Shown piece by piece: positions 19,104 to 27,896 of a stretch of 42,567 nucleotides of DNA; positions within the stretch are counted from its first letter, which is position 1, and each line of letters begins with the position of its first letter. The notes under the pieces are model-generated. The model was not told where the DNA came from. It ran no database searches and was given only the letters and a program-made list of their open reading frames with translations. The DNA is from a virus. Its lineage: Duplodnaviria; Caudoviricetes. The DNA lies in the IMG/VR virus record IMGVR_UViG_3300025168_000182, positions 1 through 42,567 of that record. One strand, given 5' to 3'. Both the position numbers and the translations under genes were made by a program.

Positions 19104-21311
19104 TTACATTTTTCTAATCATTGCTTTAATAATGCCGCCGTATAAATTTGTTTCTAATGACTGGGCAATTATTTTACCAAAAAGTTTTTGTTCATATATA
19201 TGATCTGGTTGTACAGCTTTTCCATAACCTAATCGATCACTTGTTATAATATAATCGCCTTCATGTATAGGACCATCTACTAAAACAGGTTCGGCACCTA
19301 ATATAATTGGATAATCACTACCAGATGATACTATACCCATAACTAAAGGACTAGCTTGCTCATTGCATGGTACCAATTGACCGGCTTTTAAGACCAGTAC
19401 AGTACCTGTTTGTAGTTTGCTTATATCTTTAGTTTCTAGATTAATTTCATGTATTCCACCAAAGAAAGTATTGGTCGCAAATACTGCATTCCATTTTTTA
19501 TCAGCTGTACCTAAAGTATACTCATCATCAGTGTCAGGCTTTACATCGCTACCTATATTTTCTAAATCAGTACCACCACTTACACCACTACCTCCTCCGC
19601 CGCCATAGCTTCCGGTATGAAATATTTTTCCGGATGTGGTATCATACATTAATGTTTTAAGACTAGCATTATTATTAAATGAAGAACTAAATATTAATGA
19701 ACTACTACCACTTATATCACCTGATGATGTTATCGCAGTAAATATATGATCAGAGCCAGATATTATTCCTCCCCCAATATTTTCTTGCACTTGGGATCCA
19801 GAAATAAATCCTTGATTTTGCCATGAACCTGATATCGCATTTGCAAGTTGGGCCGAACCTGATATTAAAGTGTTACCTAATTCTGATTCTGTAGTTGTTA
19901 TTCGTGTTGAAAACGATGCACTATTATTTGTTACTCGAGTTGAAAATGATGCACTATTATTTGTTACTCGTGTTGAGAAAGAACCACTATCAGATTTTAA
20001 ATTTGCTACACGCGTTGAAAAAGAACCACTATCTGTTTTCAATGCAGTTACTCGAGTTGAAAATGAGCCACTATCTGTTTTCAATGCAGTTACTCGCGTT
20101 GAGAATGAACCGCTATCTGTTTTCAATGCAGTTACACGCGTTGAAAATGATTCACTTACATCACCTATTGCTCCAGATATTTCAGTTTTAATTTGACTCG
20201 AACTACTTAACGCTCCTTCAAAAATACCATGAAATGACGGTGCATGTACACTTCCTGTTATTAATAATGAACCAGTAAATTGATGAGTAACTTCTGATGG
20301 CATTGATCCAGAACCAAAAATAGTCGATCCGGATCTTACTATAATATTATCTTCAAATAACGCTAAACCGTTATAAGCAAAAGTTCCATTTACTCTTGTA
20401 CTTTCATTGACAAGCAATTGTGAGGCTGTTATTCTGGATGATGATATGTTAGAAAATACAACATTTGAAGTTACATTAACAGCTTGGCCAGTATTACCTT
20501 CTAATGATTCAATACGAGATACAATTGATCCACTATCTGTTTTTAATCCAGTTACTCGCGTTGAAAAAGATCCACTATCAGATTTTAATCCAGCAATTCT
20601 TGTTGAAAAAGATCCACTATCAGATTTTAAATTTGTTACACGCGTTGATAATGAAGCACTATTATTTGTTACTCGCGTCGAGAAAGATCCACTATCAGAT
20701 TTTAAATTTGCTACACGCGTTGAAAAAGAACCGCTATCTGTTTTCAATGCAGTTACTCGAGTCGAGAATGAGCCACTATCAGTCTTTAATCCAGCAATTC
20801 TTGTTGAGAATGAACCACTATCTGCAATAAGATTTGATGCAATTATATCTCCGCTAGCGCTTATATTACCTGAAGATGTTATATTTCCAAATAATACATT
20901 ACTTTCTATTGTTGCTTTAGTTCCTACAATAACTCCTAATGCAGAAATTGCTGTTGAATTGCCAAGAGATTGTAGCTGATTTGTCGACAAATTAGCTGTA
21001 TTAGTTGTTATTTGATTTGAAAATGATGCACTATCTAATTGTAATTCGTTAATATGCGTTGAAAATGATGCACTATCAGATGTTAAATTGTCAATACGAG
21101 TTGAAATTGAACTACTATTGAAAGTAATACGATTTGATAATGAGGCGCTAGTAGCTGAAAATGCTCCAGATATTGCAGATGATAATTGTGATGATGCTGT
21201 GACAAATAAAATGGCTGTACCATCTCCTGCCGCAAACTTACCATTTTCTGTCTGTACTAACTTTTGGTAACTTTCTTGTATAAATTGGCCTGATAAATCT
21301 TCGAGAGCCAT
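19104..21311 (-). CDS. Tail fibre with coiled-coil repeats and C-terminal peptidase-G2-like chaperone domain
   Basis: 735 aa; 14-aa (RVTALKTDSGSFST) and 11-aa (RVTNNSASFST) repeats; PDTDDEYTLGTADKKW motif; C-terminal MGIVS..PVLVDGPIHEGDYIITS..GKIIAQSLE. Confidence 0.75.
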   Translation of the reverse strand: MALEDLSGQFIQESYQKLVQTENGKFAAGDGTAILFVTASSQLSSAISGAFSATSASLSNRITFNSSSISTRIDNLTSDSASFSTHINELQLDSASFSNQITTNTANLSTNQLQSLGNSTAISALGVIVGTKATIESNVLFGNITSSGNISASGDIIASNLIADSGSFSTRIAGLKTDSGSFSTRVTALKTDSGSFSTRVANLKSDSGSFSTRVTNNSASLSTRVTNLKSDSGSFSTRIAGLKSDSGSFSTRVTGLKTDSGSIVSRIESLEGNTGQAVNVTSNVVFSNISSSRITASQLLVNESTRVNGTFAYNGLALFEDNIIVRSGSTIFGSGSMPSEVTHQFTGSLLITGSVHAPSFHGIFEGALSSSSQIKTEISGAIGDVSESFSTRVTALKTDSGSFSTRVTALKTDSGSFSTRVTALKTDSGSFSTRVANLKSDSGSFSTRVTNNSASFSTRVTNNSASFSTRITTTESELGNTLISGSAQLANAISGSWQNQGFISGSQVQENIGGGIISGSDHIFTAITSSGDISGSSSLIFSSSFNNNASLKTLMYDTTSGKIFHTGSYGGGGGSGVSGGTDLENIGSDVKPDTDDEYTLGTADKKWNAVFATNTFFGGIHEINLETKDISKLQTGTVLVLKAGQLVPCNEQASPLVMGIVSSGSDYPIILGAEPVLVDGPIHEGDYIITSDRLGYGKAVQPDHIYEQKLFGKIIAQSLETNLYGGIIKAMIRKM
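19900..20150. repeat. Tandem 42-bp/33-bp coding repeats, block 2
   Basis: Recurrent ctatctgttttcaatgcagttac and gcactattatttgttactcg units. Confidence 0.9.
20530..20822. repeat. Tandem 42-bp/33-bp coding repeats, block 1
   Basis: Same units as block 2; 20656-20780 is near-identical to 19951-20075. Confidence 0.9.
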
Positions 21312-21321
21312 CTACATAACC

Positions 21322-21882
21322 TTATTTTTTATATAAACCTTTGAGAACACCTTTTATAACGTCTACACGATTTGTTTCAGTCAATGGTTTATATCTCGTA
21401 TATGTCGCAACTATTTTGTTTATTCTATCTTTTTTAACACTTAAATTATTAATATTTATATTTTCACGTACTAATAATTTTAATATATTTTTAACATGAT
21501 CAACTTCTTGCTCTGTTATTATTTGTTTTACATTTGATACTTTAACTTTATTTTCTATCATGATAGGTCGATTTTGAGACTGCACTTCTACAGTTACTTG
21601 TTTACTAGCTTGTATATCAAATTCAGATTTCCATGGCGTAAAATATGTATCTTCTGCAATGACTTCTAAACGTATATTACCTTTAGAACTTTCATCAATT
21701 AATCCTTTTAATTTACGAATAGGAATTTTACATTTTCCTTCTGCAGAAATTTGTCCATTAAACATTAAACTATATTCTGACGTTTCTACTACTAATCTAG
21801 CAGTTGATTTTTTTAAACTTGCGCCTTCTATTTTAATATCACATTCAAATAGTTCTGTCTTATCTGTGTATAATTTATACAT
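21322..21882 (-). CDS. Hypothetical protein, 186 aa
   Basis: Co-directional; GGAG SD; overlaps upstream gene end; beta-rich N-half and helical C-half. Confidence 0.8.
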   Translation of the reverse strand: MYKLYTDKTELFECDIKIEGASLKKSTARLVVETSEYSLMFNGQISAEGKCKIPIRKLKGLIDESSKGNIRLEVIAEDTYFTPWKSEFDIQASKQVTVEVQSQNRPIMIENKVKVSNVKQIITEQEVDHVKNILKLLVRENININNLSVKKDRINKIVATYTRYKPLTETNRVDVIKGVLKGLYKK

Positions 21883-22207
21883 GTATATTCTCCACTGTTA
21901 AATCAATTCCTAATACTTCTTTTACTACCAATTCACAATCTTCTGCGGTTACTTTAATATTATCACGAATAGTTTTTTGTCCAGAATATGTCTCAATTCC
22001 TTTTACTTTACAAACTAATTTAATAAATCGTTTTTTATCATTATCTGATAATTGTTCTACATTCCATGAAATTTCATCACCAGATGCTCCTTGAACAACA
22101 GATAATACAATTCTGACATCATCCCAAGTATATTTAGCTCCTTCTGTTGGTGCTTTACTCCATTTAAAATCAGCTTTACTCCATGTTATTTTATCACCTA
22201 ATGCCAT
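21875..22207 (-). CDS. Hypothetical protein, 110 aa (N-terminal spaced Trp repeats)
   Basis: Co-directional ORF directly after ATATTTATAT motif; ITWSKADFKWSKA..YTWDD. Confidence 0.8.
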   Translation of the reverse strand: MALGDKITWSKADFKWSKAPTEGAKYTWDDVRIVLSVVQGASGDEISWNVEQLSDNDKKRFIKLVCKVKGIETYSGQKTIRDNIKVTAEDCELVVKEVLGIDLTVENIHV

Positions 22208-22210
22208 TTT

Positions 22211-22220
22211 ATATAAATAT
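22211..22220 (-). promoter_or_regulatory. Putative late promoter motif ATATTTATAT
   Basis: Intergenic, 3 nt before ATG 22207. Confidence 0.5.
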
Positions 22221-22225
22221 ACTCA

Positions 22226-22891
22226 TTAATGATAACCATTCAATAATTCTAACAAATCGTCAATTGCACCATGTCGATGTGAATCTTCTAATACAGTTTT
22301 ATACACATATTTTGAATTAGTAAGTTTTGACATATCATGATATGCAGAATAATTTTTATCCTTTAAATCAATTTGATACGAATCTCCACAAAAGATCATT
22401 TTAGAATCTTTACCTAAACGGCCAATAGCCATGGCTAATTGTGATCTAGTAAGATTTTGAAATTCGTCGACAATAACAACTGCATTATCAAAAGTACGTC
22501 CACGAAAATGCGCCAATGAGCATAATTCAATTTTTTCATCACGTTCCATAGTTTCTAATTTATCTGGTTTATTATATACCTTTCGCATATTAGACCGGAT
22601 AGGTACTAACCATGGTTCCATTTTTTCTTTTTCCGAGCCAGGTAAAAATCCATTATCTTCTGTTGCAATTGTTGGTCTAGTAATTACTATTTTATCATAT
22701 TGCCGTTTAAAAAATTGATCTAATGCTATTTGAACTGCTAACAAAGTTTTTCCAGATCCAGCTTTACCTACAATGAAGTTAAATGGATGTTCTAGAATTT
22801 CAGCTTTTGCTATTTTTTGTTCTTCTGATAATGATAATGAAAACTTAACTGCACCTTTTGGTGGAGTTTTTTCTGTATTTGCCTTTGCCAT
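22226..22891 (-). CDS. phoH: PhoH-family ATPase
   Basis: GKAGSGKT Walker A, ITRP, GFLPG, FRGRTF, IVDEFQN, GRLG..SKMIFCGD..QIDL, HRH motifs. Confidence 0.95.
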   Translation of the reverse strand: MAKANTEKTPPKGAVKFSLSLSEEQKIAKAEILEHPFNFIVGKAGSGKTLLAVQIALDQFFKRQYDKIVITRPTIATEDNGFLPGSEKEKMEPWLVPIRSNMRKVYNKPDKLETMERDEKIELCSLAHFRGRTFDNAVVIVDEFQNLTRSQLAMAIGRLGKDSKMIFCGDSYQIDLKDKNYSAYHDMSKLTNSKYVYKTVLEDSHRHGAIDDLLELLNGYH

Positions 22892-22920
22892 CGCGTGACC
22901 CTTTTTGTTAACTTATTTAT

Positions 22921-22930
22921 ATATAAATAT
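22921..22930 (-). promoter_or_regulatory. Putative late promoter motif ATATTTATAT
   Basis: Intergenic, 29 nt upstream of the phoH ATG. Confidence 0.55.
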
Positions 22931-22938
22931 TATATGCC

Positions 22939-22969
22939 AGTGAAAGAGCCGGTTTAATCCGGCTTCACT
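22939..22969 (-). terminator. GC-rich stem-loop after the ATPase gene (terminator or processing/stability hairpin)
   Basis: agtga..agccgg / ccggct.tcact inverted repeat just after the stop; no clear U-tract. Confidence 0.5.
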
Positions 22970-22974
22970 AACAA

Positions 22975-23748
22975 CTAACAACCCATTACTTGCTCTGCTA
23001 CCATTTGTCTCCAATTTGGAAAATTCATTTGACGAATTCTAATTGCTTTAATTAATGAACGGAAATTTAATTCAACAGCATCAAATTTCTTAAATGCAGA
23101 TTTCAATGCACTTAAAGCTTCTTTTTTAATTTTCATATCATTAATTTCTGGTTCAATTACCGGAAGTAAATCAGTCATTCTTTTTAACATTTGATCCGGA
23201 GTTAATGTTATATCTAATACAAATGCACGACTACGTATTGCACTATCTACTTTTTGAATTGGTAAATTAGATATAAAAATTATCTTACCAGTAAAATCAA
23301 ATGATCTAGGAAGCGCGTCACCATCTCTATCCTTAAGAGGTTTAGCTGACATCCAACTAATAACTCGTTTATCGTAACTATCTAAAGCTCCTTTTAATAG
23401 GTTAACACCATCTGAATCTTTAAATACTGAATCACAATCATCAAATATAATTAATTTATCACTATTTTCAAATAATGTAATAAACATACCTGCTGCAGTA
23501 CAACGGCCTTTTACATGAACAAAATCAATTCCTTCTTCAAATCCTACTTCATCTAATGTTTTTGTAATATTAAATGTCTTTCCTAATCCTGGCATTCCGG
23601 TTACAACTAATGATGGAGAAACTCCGGCTGCTACCATTTTTGTCAAGTTATTCATATCATCAAACATTGCCGATGGACGTTTCTTTTCTTGGAAAGTTTT
23701 AAAATTCATTTTCATGTTTTTGGTTTTTTGGTTTTTAGCTATACGCAT
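22975..23748 (-). CDS. P-loop (AAA+-like) ATPase; start may be 23715
   Basis: Walker A GMPGLGKT, Walker B IIFDDCD, LLKGALD, sensor-like IIFISN, AIRSR. Confidence 0.85.
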   Translation of the reverse strand: MRIAKNQKTKNMKMNFKTFQEKKRPSAMFDDMNNLTKMVAAGVSPSLVVTGMPGLGKTFNITKTLDEVGFEEGIDFVHVKGRCTAAGMFITLFENSDKLIIFDDCDSVFKDSDGVNLLKGALDSYDKRVISWMSAKPLKDRDGDALPRSFDFTGKIIFISNLPIQKVDSAIRSRAFVLDITLTPDQMLKRMTDLLPVIEPEINDMKIKKEALSALKSAFKKFDAVELNFRSLIKAIRIRQMNFPNWRQMVAEQVMGC

Positions 23749-23774
23749 ATCTCTATCTTTTAATTACTTATAAT

Positions 23775-23806
23775 TAAAGATAAGGAAAAGATCTCACGCT
23801 ACCAAA
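23775..23806 (-). promoter_or_regulatory. Bacteroidota-type primary-sigma promoter (TTTG-N20-TATCTTTA)
   Basis: Matches the -33 TTTG / -7 TAnnTTTG consensus except the last base; canonical spacing; upstream of the ATPase. Confidence 0.65.
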
Positions 23807-23835
23807 TCTTTTTACAGCTTTTTTTAAAAAAGTCC

Positions 23836-23867
23836 AAAAAAAAACCCTCCAAATTAGGAGGGCTTTC
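23836..23867 (-). terminator. Intrinsic terminator after the major capsid gene
   Basis: CCCTCC-taattt-GGAGGG followed by T9 on the minus strand. Confidence 0.9.
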
Positions 23868-23888
23868 AATATTAAATTAATTTAAATA

Positions 23889-25634
23889 CTATATAGTATC
23901 TAAACCAGCTACGAATACTTTACCATAGAATTCAGGTCGAACCATTTTCTTAGCATATCGAGTCATAACACCTTTACGTGGCGTAAAGTTATCTGGATCA
24001 TATACTAATGGAGTCATGATTAACGGAATATATGGAGAATAAACAGCACCTGTTTCAAGGAACTGAGATCCACGGTATCCTAATAATATAGTATTTTCAG
24101 TCATATATGGATTTTTATAAACTTGGAATCTAGAATTAATAGATCCAACTTTTTGTACACCCATTGCAAACTGCATTTTATCACCATCTGTATCTGCAGC
24201 ATATCCTGGAATTGATTCTAAGATAGTCGCAATAGTTGGAGAACATACTAGGAAGTTAGCTCCACCTCTCAACGTTAATTGGTGAATTTTATTTGAAACT
24301 TTTTGTATTTTAGTTCCTAAAGTCTGGAACCAAGTTCCTTGGTTATATGCTTGAGCCGTTGCATTTGATTGATTAAATGTATTTGATGCGGCATCAAATT
24401 CAAACCCAATTTTTGCTGACCATCTATCAACAGTTTGAGCATTTTGAATTAACATGTCTAAAATTTCTAAATCAATTTCTTGCGAAACATATTCAGATAA
24501 CATGCTAGTCAATTCTGCTTCTGCATCAATTGAATGATACGCATTTAAATCTTGAGCAAATTCTGGAGTCCATACAGCTTTTAACTTACGAGTTTTGGCT
24601 ACAATGGCTTCAGATCTCATTTCAAGATTAATTTCCGGAATATCTAACTCAGTAGAGCCATTTGCAAATTCGCCCGGAGCTTGATCTTCAAAGTCACCTC
24701 TAGTAATATCATTAGGTTGTTTAGCATATGCTACTTCAAATCCATCAACTGCGTCACCTTGCCAACTAGTTGCTGCTCCTACCTGTGCTAAGAACAATGC
24801 ATGAGATTTATTAGGTGTTACTCTAGTAAACTCAGGGAATATTGTTGTTACACCTGATCCGGATAAGTTCCAACCTCTAACGCCATTCATATCTGGAGTA
24901 TCTAGACCACCGGATGGAATTGCAATTACAGAGAACAATCGTGCATTGTTAACAGCCGATGCTGAAAATTCTGCATTATAGTTTGTAAACAAGTCAAATT
25001 GTGCTTGAGTTAATGAAGTAAGTTGAGATGTAAATGCATCAGTGATAGGATTATATGATCCAGTAGATGGAGCTGCTCCACCGTACTCACCTAAATCATC
25101 GAAGTCTTTATTAACATCATTAATAGTATATCCAAAACGACCAGGACCGTAAAGACCTTCAGTTGCTCCAGATGTACCTTTTTGACGACTTGTATCAGTT
25201 ACACCAAATACAGAATCTTTTTGTGACTCACGACCTTGGCCTGTTAAAAAGTCATTACCTGATTCAGTGTTACTAAATCCTGCAGTACCTTGAGATGTAC
25301 CATATTTAAAGTCTAGATAAAATATCAGACCTGATGGTAAGTTCATTGGTTGTACAGATACAAAATCTTTTGCTGCAATTTCAGCAAAAATTCTACGAAC
25401 TAATGGTAGAGCAACTCCTGCCCATTCTTCACCATTCTTTGCAGTATTTGTAGAATTTGCTTCTGACACCAATTGCTTGGCTTGATTCTCTAAAAGAACC
25501 GCCATTCCTTTTCTTTCAACCTCAGTTGACATACCTTCCAATAGACCGGTCTTTTCCCACTTACGTTCAAGTGCAATTGCCGCGGCATTTTGGTTGGCTT
25601 GGCCATTTTGAGGTAATAATGAATTTATATTCAT
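23889..25634 (-). CDS. Major capsid protein (T4 gp23-like)
   Basis: VQPMNLPSGLIFYL, AKTRKLKAVWTPEFAQDLNAYHSIDAEAEL, YSPYIPL, FTPRKGVMTRYA; AAGGA SD; followed by terminator. Confidence 0.97.
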   Translation of the reverse strand: MNINSLLPQNGQANQNAAAIALERKWEKTGLLEGMSTEVERKGMAVLLENQAKQLVSEANSTNTAKNGEEWAGVALPLVRRIFAEIAAKDFVSVQPMNLPSGLIFYLDFKYGTSQGTAGFSNTESGNDFLTGQGRESQKDSVFGVTDTSRQKGTSGATEGLYGPGRFGYTINDVNKDFDDLGEYGGAAPSTGSYNPITDAFTSQLTSLTQAQFDLFTNYNAEFSASAVNNARLFSVIAIPSGGLDTPDMNGVRGWNLSGSGVTTIFPEFTRVTPNKSHALFLAQVGAATSWQGDAVDGFEVAYAKQPNDITRGDFEDQAPGEFANGSTELDIPEINLEMRSEAIVAKTRKLKAVWTPEFAQDLNAYHSIDAEAELTSMLSEYVSQEIDLEILDMLIQNAQTVDRWSAKIGFEFDAASNTFNQSNATAQAYNQGTWFQTLGTKIQKVSNKIHQLTLRGGANFLVCSPTIATILESIPGYAADTDGDKMQFAMGVQKVGSINSRFQVYKNPYMTENTILLGYRGSQFLETGAVYSPYIPLIMTPLVYDPDNFTPRKGVMTRYAKKMVRPEFYGKVFVAGLDTI

Positions 25635-25648
25635 TTTACATTTCCTTT

Positions 25649-26641
25649 TTACAGATTAGCTAATTTTTTCCATCTGGCTGTCAAGTCATTACCTTCAGAA
25701 ATTACTTTCTTAGGTGCTGTTGAACGGCTAGGTGTCGAAGCATAGCTTTCTTTGATTGATCTTTTTGTTTTACGACCAGTTAAATTAAATGACTCAGATA
25801 ACGTTGCAAACACTAATTTTACTTCACGTATAGTAGAAGCTCTATCAAAGTTTTCAATTACTTTCATTTTCTGAGATTCATTCATTGAATGGTTTTTAAA
25901 CAATTTGTTTGAGAATAATAATTTTGCATTAAGAAGATTAACTTCATTAATTTTGCTTTTTAAGAATCGAATAACGTTGTATGCTTCATCAAGGTCTTCT
26001 TTATCTTTCTTACCTTCTTCAACTTTTTCGTCATCATCTTTAGCTTCATCCATTTCTTTTTTGTCATCATCACCTTCTTCTTCTCTCAAAGCGCTGATAA
26101 TTTCATCAATTGAAACGTCGTCGTCATCTTTAGCCTCATCCATTTCTTCTTTATCTTCAGCTTCTTTTAACTTTCCTTTGGCAGGATCGTCTTGATCAGA
26201 TGAAGATGCTTTTGTTGGACTTTGACCATCGCCATTACCTAATCCAGTAGATTTAGAAACTTCTTCAAGTTCTTCATCTGCTGCTTCATTCATTTCAGAT
26301 TCTAGCTCTGCGATGATCGATTCTAATTCTAGATCTTCCTCGCCGGCCATGTCTTCCATTGCTGGTTCTTCGGTAGGCATTTCTTCTTCAAAAGCTCTTC
26401 CTTCCATAGGCTCATCTTCCATGTAATCTTCTTCCATAGCTGGCTCTTCTGGTGCTACTGGTTCGGCTGCCATTTCTGGTTCCTCTTCCATTTCACCTTC
26501 TTCTTCAGCTAATTTAGCAGATAACATTGATTGGAGTCTAGGAGTGAATGCTTCTTCTAATGCAATTTTTGCATTTGCAAGTGCAGTTTCTCTTACGGCT
26601 TTCGCGTCTGCAATTGCTTCTTTTAATAAATCATTTGCCAT
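25649..26641 (-). CDS. Prohead core/scaffold protein
   Basis: Directly upstream of MCP; acidic low-complexity middle with many L/I/M-x-E sites; ends RWKKLANL; strong GAGGAG SD. Confidence 0.8.
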   Translation of the reverse strand: MANDLLKEAIADAKAVRETALANAKIALEEAFTPRLQSMLSAKLAEEEGEMEEEPEMAAEPVAPEEPAMEEDYMEDEPMEGRAFEEEMPTEEPAMEDMAGEEDLELESIIAELESEMNEAADEELEEVSKSTGLGNGDGQSPTKASSSDQDDPAKGKLKEAEDKEEMDEAKDDDDVSIDEIISALREEEGDDDKKEMDEAKDDDEKVEEGKKDKEDLDEAYNVIRFLKSKINEVNLLNAKLLFSNKLFKNHSMNESQKMKVIENFDRASTIREVKLVFATLSESFNLTGRKTKRSIKESYASTPSRSTAPKKVISEGNDLTARWKKLANL

Positions 26642-26659
26642 GATTTCTCCTCTTATTTA

Positions 26660-26755
26660 ATTTGGAAATAAGGCTATTTGAAGCCTCAATAGAAAGTACT
26701 ATGTACTTATTTAGATATAAAGTGAGTGACCGATTATTGAAATACGGTATCGTTA
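26660..26755 (-). promoter_or_regulatory. Putative structured 5' leader of the scaffold-capsid operon
   Basis: Three short inverted repeats (26671-26686, 26694-26708, 26729-26748) in a long intergenic gap. Confidence 0.4.
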
Positions 26756-26802
26756 ACATTTATATATATGCAAGAATTAACAAAAACATTCAATTTAAAC
26801 GT

Positions 26803-26824
26803 AAAAAAGTGCCAAAAGGCACAA
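26803..26824 (-). terminator. Intrinsic terminator after bS21
   Basis: GTGCC-tttt-GGCAC followed by T6 on the minus strand. Confidence 0.8.
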
Positions 26825-26830
26825 TTTTTA

Positions 26831-27082
26831 CTAATTTTGATCATCTAGCCATTGAAAATATTTGGCTCGATCAACCTCCAATTTTCGCTTTTGGCCTTTA
26901 GATATAAAATGTCTACGATTTTTTAAATCTTCCATTTTACCAGATTCTTTTAATTCACGCTTAAAAGATTTTAAAGCAAAGTTAATATCTCCTTTAGGAT
27001 ATGTCTTTGTTGGTAATACTTTTACAGCAACACCCGCACCAGGTACTGCAGTTTTTAATGTTTTTTTTGTTTGCTTATTCAT
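26831..27082 (-). CDS. rpsU: Phage-encoded 30S ribosomal protein bS21
   Basis: Basic 83-aa protein; GDINFALKSFKRELKESG..DLKNRRHFISKGQKRK matches the S21 pattern; bS21 among head genes is known in large phages. Confidence 0.85.
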   Translation of the reverse strand: MNKQTKKTLKTAVPGAGVAVKVLPTKTYPKGDINFALKSFKRELKESGKMEDLKNRRHFISKGQKRKLEVDRAKYFQWLDDQN

Positions 27083-27111
27083 GTAACTTATTTATTAATT
27101 TAATTTAATAC

Positions 27112-27142
27112 TTAATATATAAAATATAATTCATATATCAAA
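27112..27142 (-). promoter_or_regulatory. Possible Bacteroidota-type promoter (TTTG-N19-TATATTAA) for bS21
   Basis: Weaker match to the -33/-7 consensus, in very AT-rich DNA. Confidence 0.45.
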
Positions 27143-27144
27143 AT

Positions 27145-27603
27145 TTATTCTTCAAAAGCAGGGCCTTTATCATCTACACCTGCAGTATAATCATCTTCGC
27201 GTAACGCTTCGCCCATTTTATAATAACGATTTAAAACAGTTCCCATATCTTCATATGCTGATTCTAATCGTTGTTGCATAGAACTCATTTCATTTGATGT
27301 CTTTTCAAATACTTTATAAGCCTCATTCATTTGTTTCATATGCCGTGATACAGTTACATTATCAAACCAATGTTCAGATTCTGAGATAGTTACTTTTTCG
27401 GCCTGTTCTACCACGCTTTGCAATGTTTTGGTGACCTCTTGTAGTCTACCATTACTATATACCATCTCACCTAACTTATGAAAATTACCTACCGCTTCTA
27501 GAAATGAATTTCGGTCATCTTTAGACATTTTTTGATCATCATCTTCGCCTAAATATTTTTCATTTAGTATATGTTTCATTAATTTATTTTCATATTTGTT
27601 CAT
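27145..27603 (-). CDS. Hypothetical helical protein in head module, 152 aa
   Basis: AGGAG SD; coupled to upstream gene; ILNE/LGE near the N-terminus and LRE near the C-terminus. Confidence 0.8.
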   Translation of the reverse strand: MNKYENKLMKHILNEKYLGEDDDQKMSKDDRNSFLEAVGNFHKLGEMVYSNGRLQEVTKTLQSVVEQAEKVTISESEHWFDNVTVSRHMKQMNEAYKVFEKTSNEMSSMQQRLESAYEDMGTVLNRYYKMGEALREDDYTAGVDDKGPAFEE

Positions 27604-27896
27604 TATAAATCTCCTATATCTGCAGAAAAGGTATCTCGCTTAGCTAAATTTTGTTTTCGGTCTAACATTTTTCCCATGGCTGCTATTTGTTTTTCTGCTC
27701 CTTGTAAATATCTAGCAACTTGATTCTGTAGTTGTTGATATTGAGGATCGCCGGTTTCTTCATCTTTAGCTTCCAATGCAGTTACTATTTCTTTTTCAAA
27801 ATCTTCTACAGCTGTAAGTAACCCATTTGTTTGTTCTATAAAATATGCATAATCAATTGGTTCAGATTGTTCTTTTAATAAATCTTTTAGTTTCAT
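27603..27896 (-). CDS. Putative internal head protein, 97 aa
   Basis: MKLKDLLKE N-terminus ends in a gp21-type L-x-E site; GGAG SD. Confidence 0.75.
   Translation of the reverse strand: MKLKDLLKEQSEPIDYAYFIEQTNGLLTAVEDFEKEIVTALEAKDEETGDPQYQQLQNQVARYLQGAEKQIAAMGKMLDRKQNLAKRDTFSADIGDL

Noticed and set aside
19900-20822. Possible CRISPR array
   Set aside because: Units are contiguous, multiples of 3 and vary at synonymous positions; no unique spacers and no cas genes
26030-26150. Short EMDEAKDDD duplication in the scaffold
   Set aside because: Ordinary low-complexity repeat in an acidic scaffold linker
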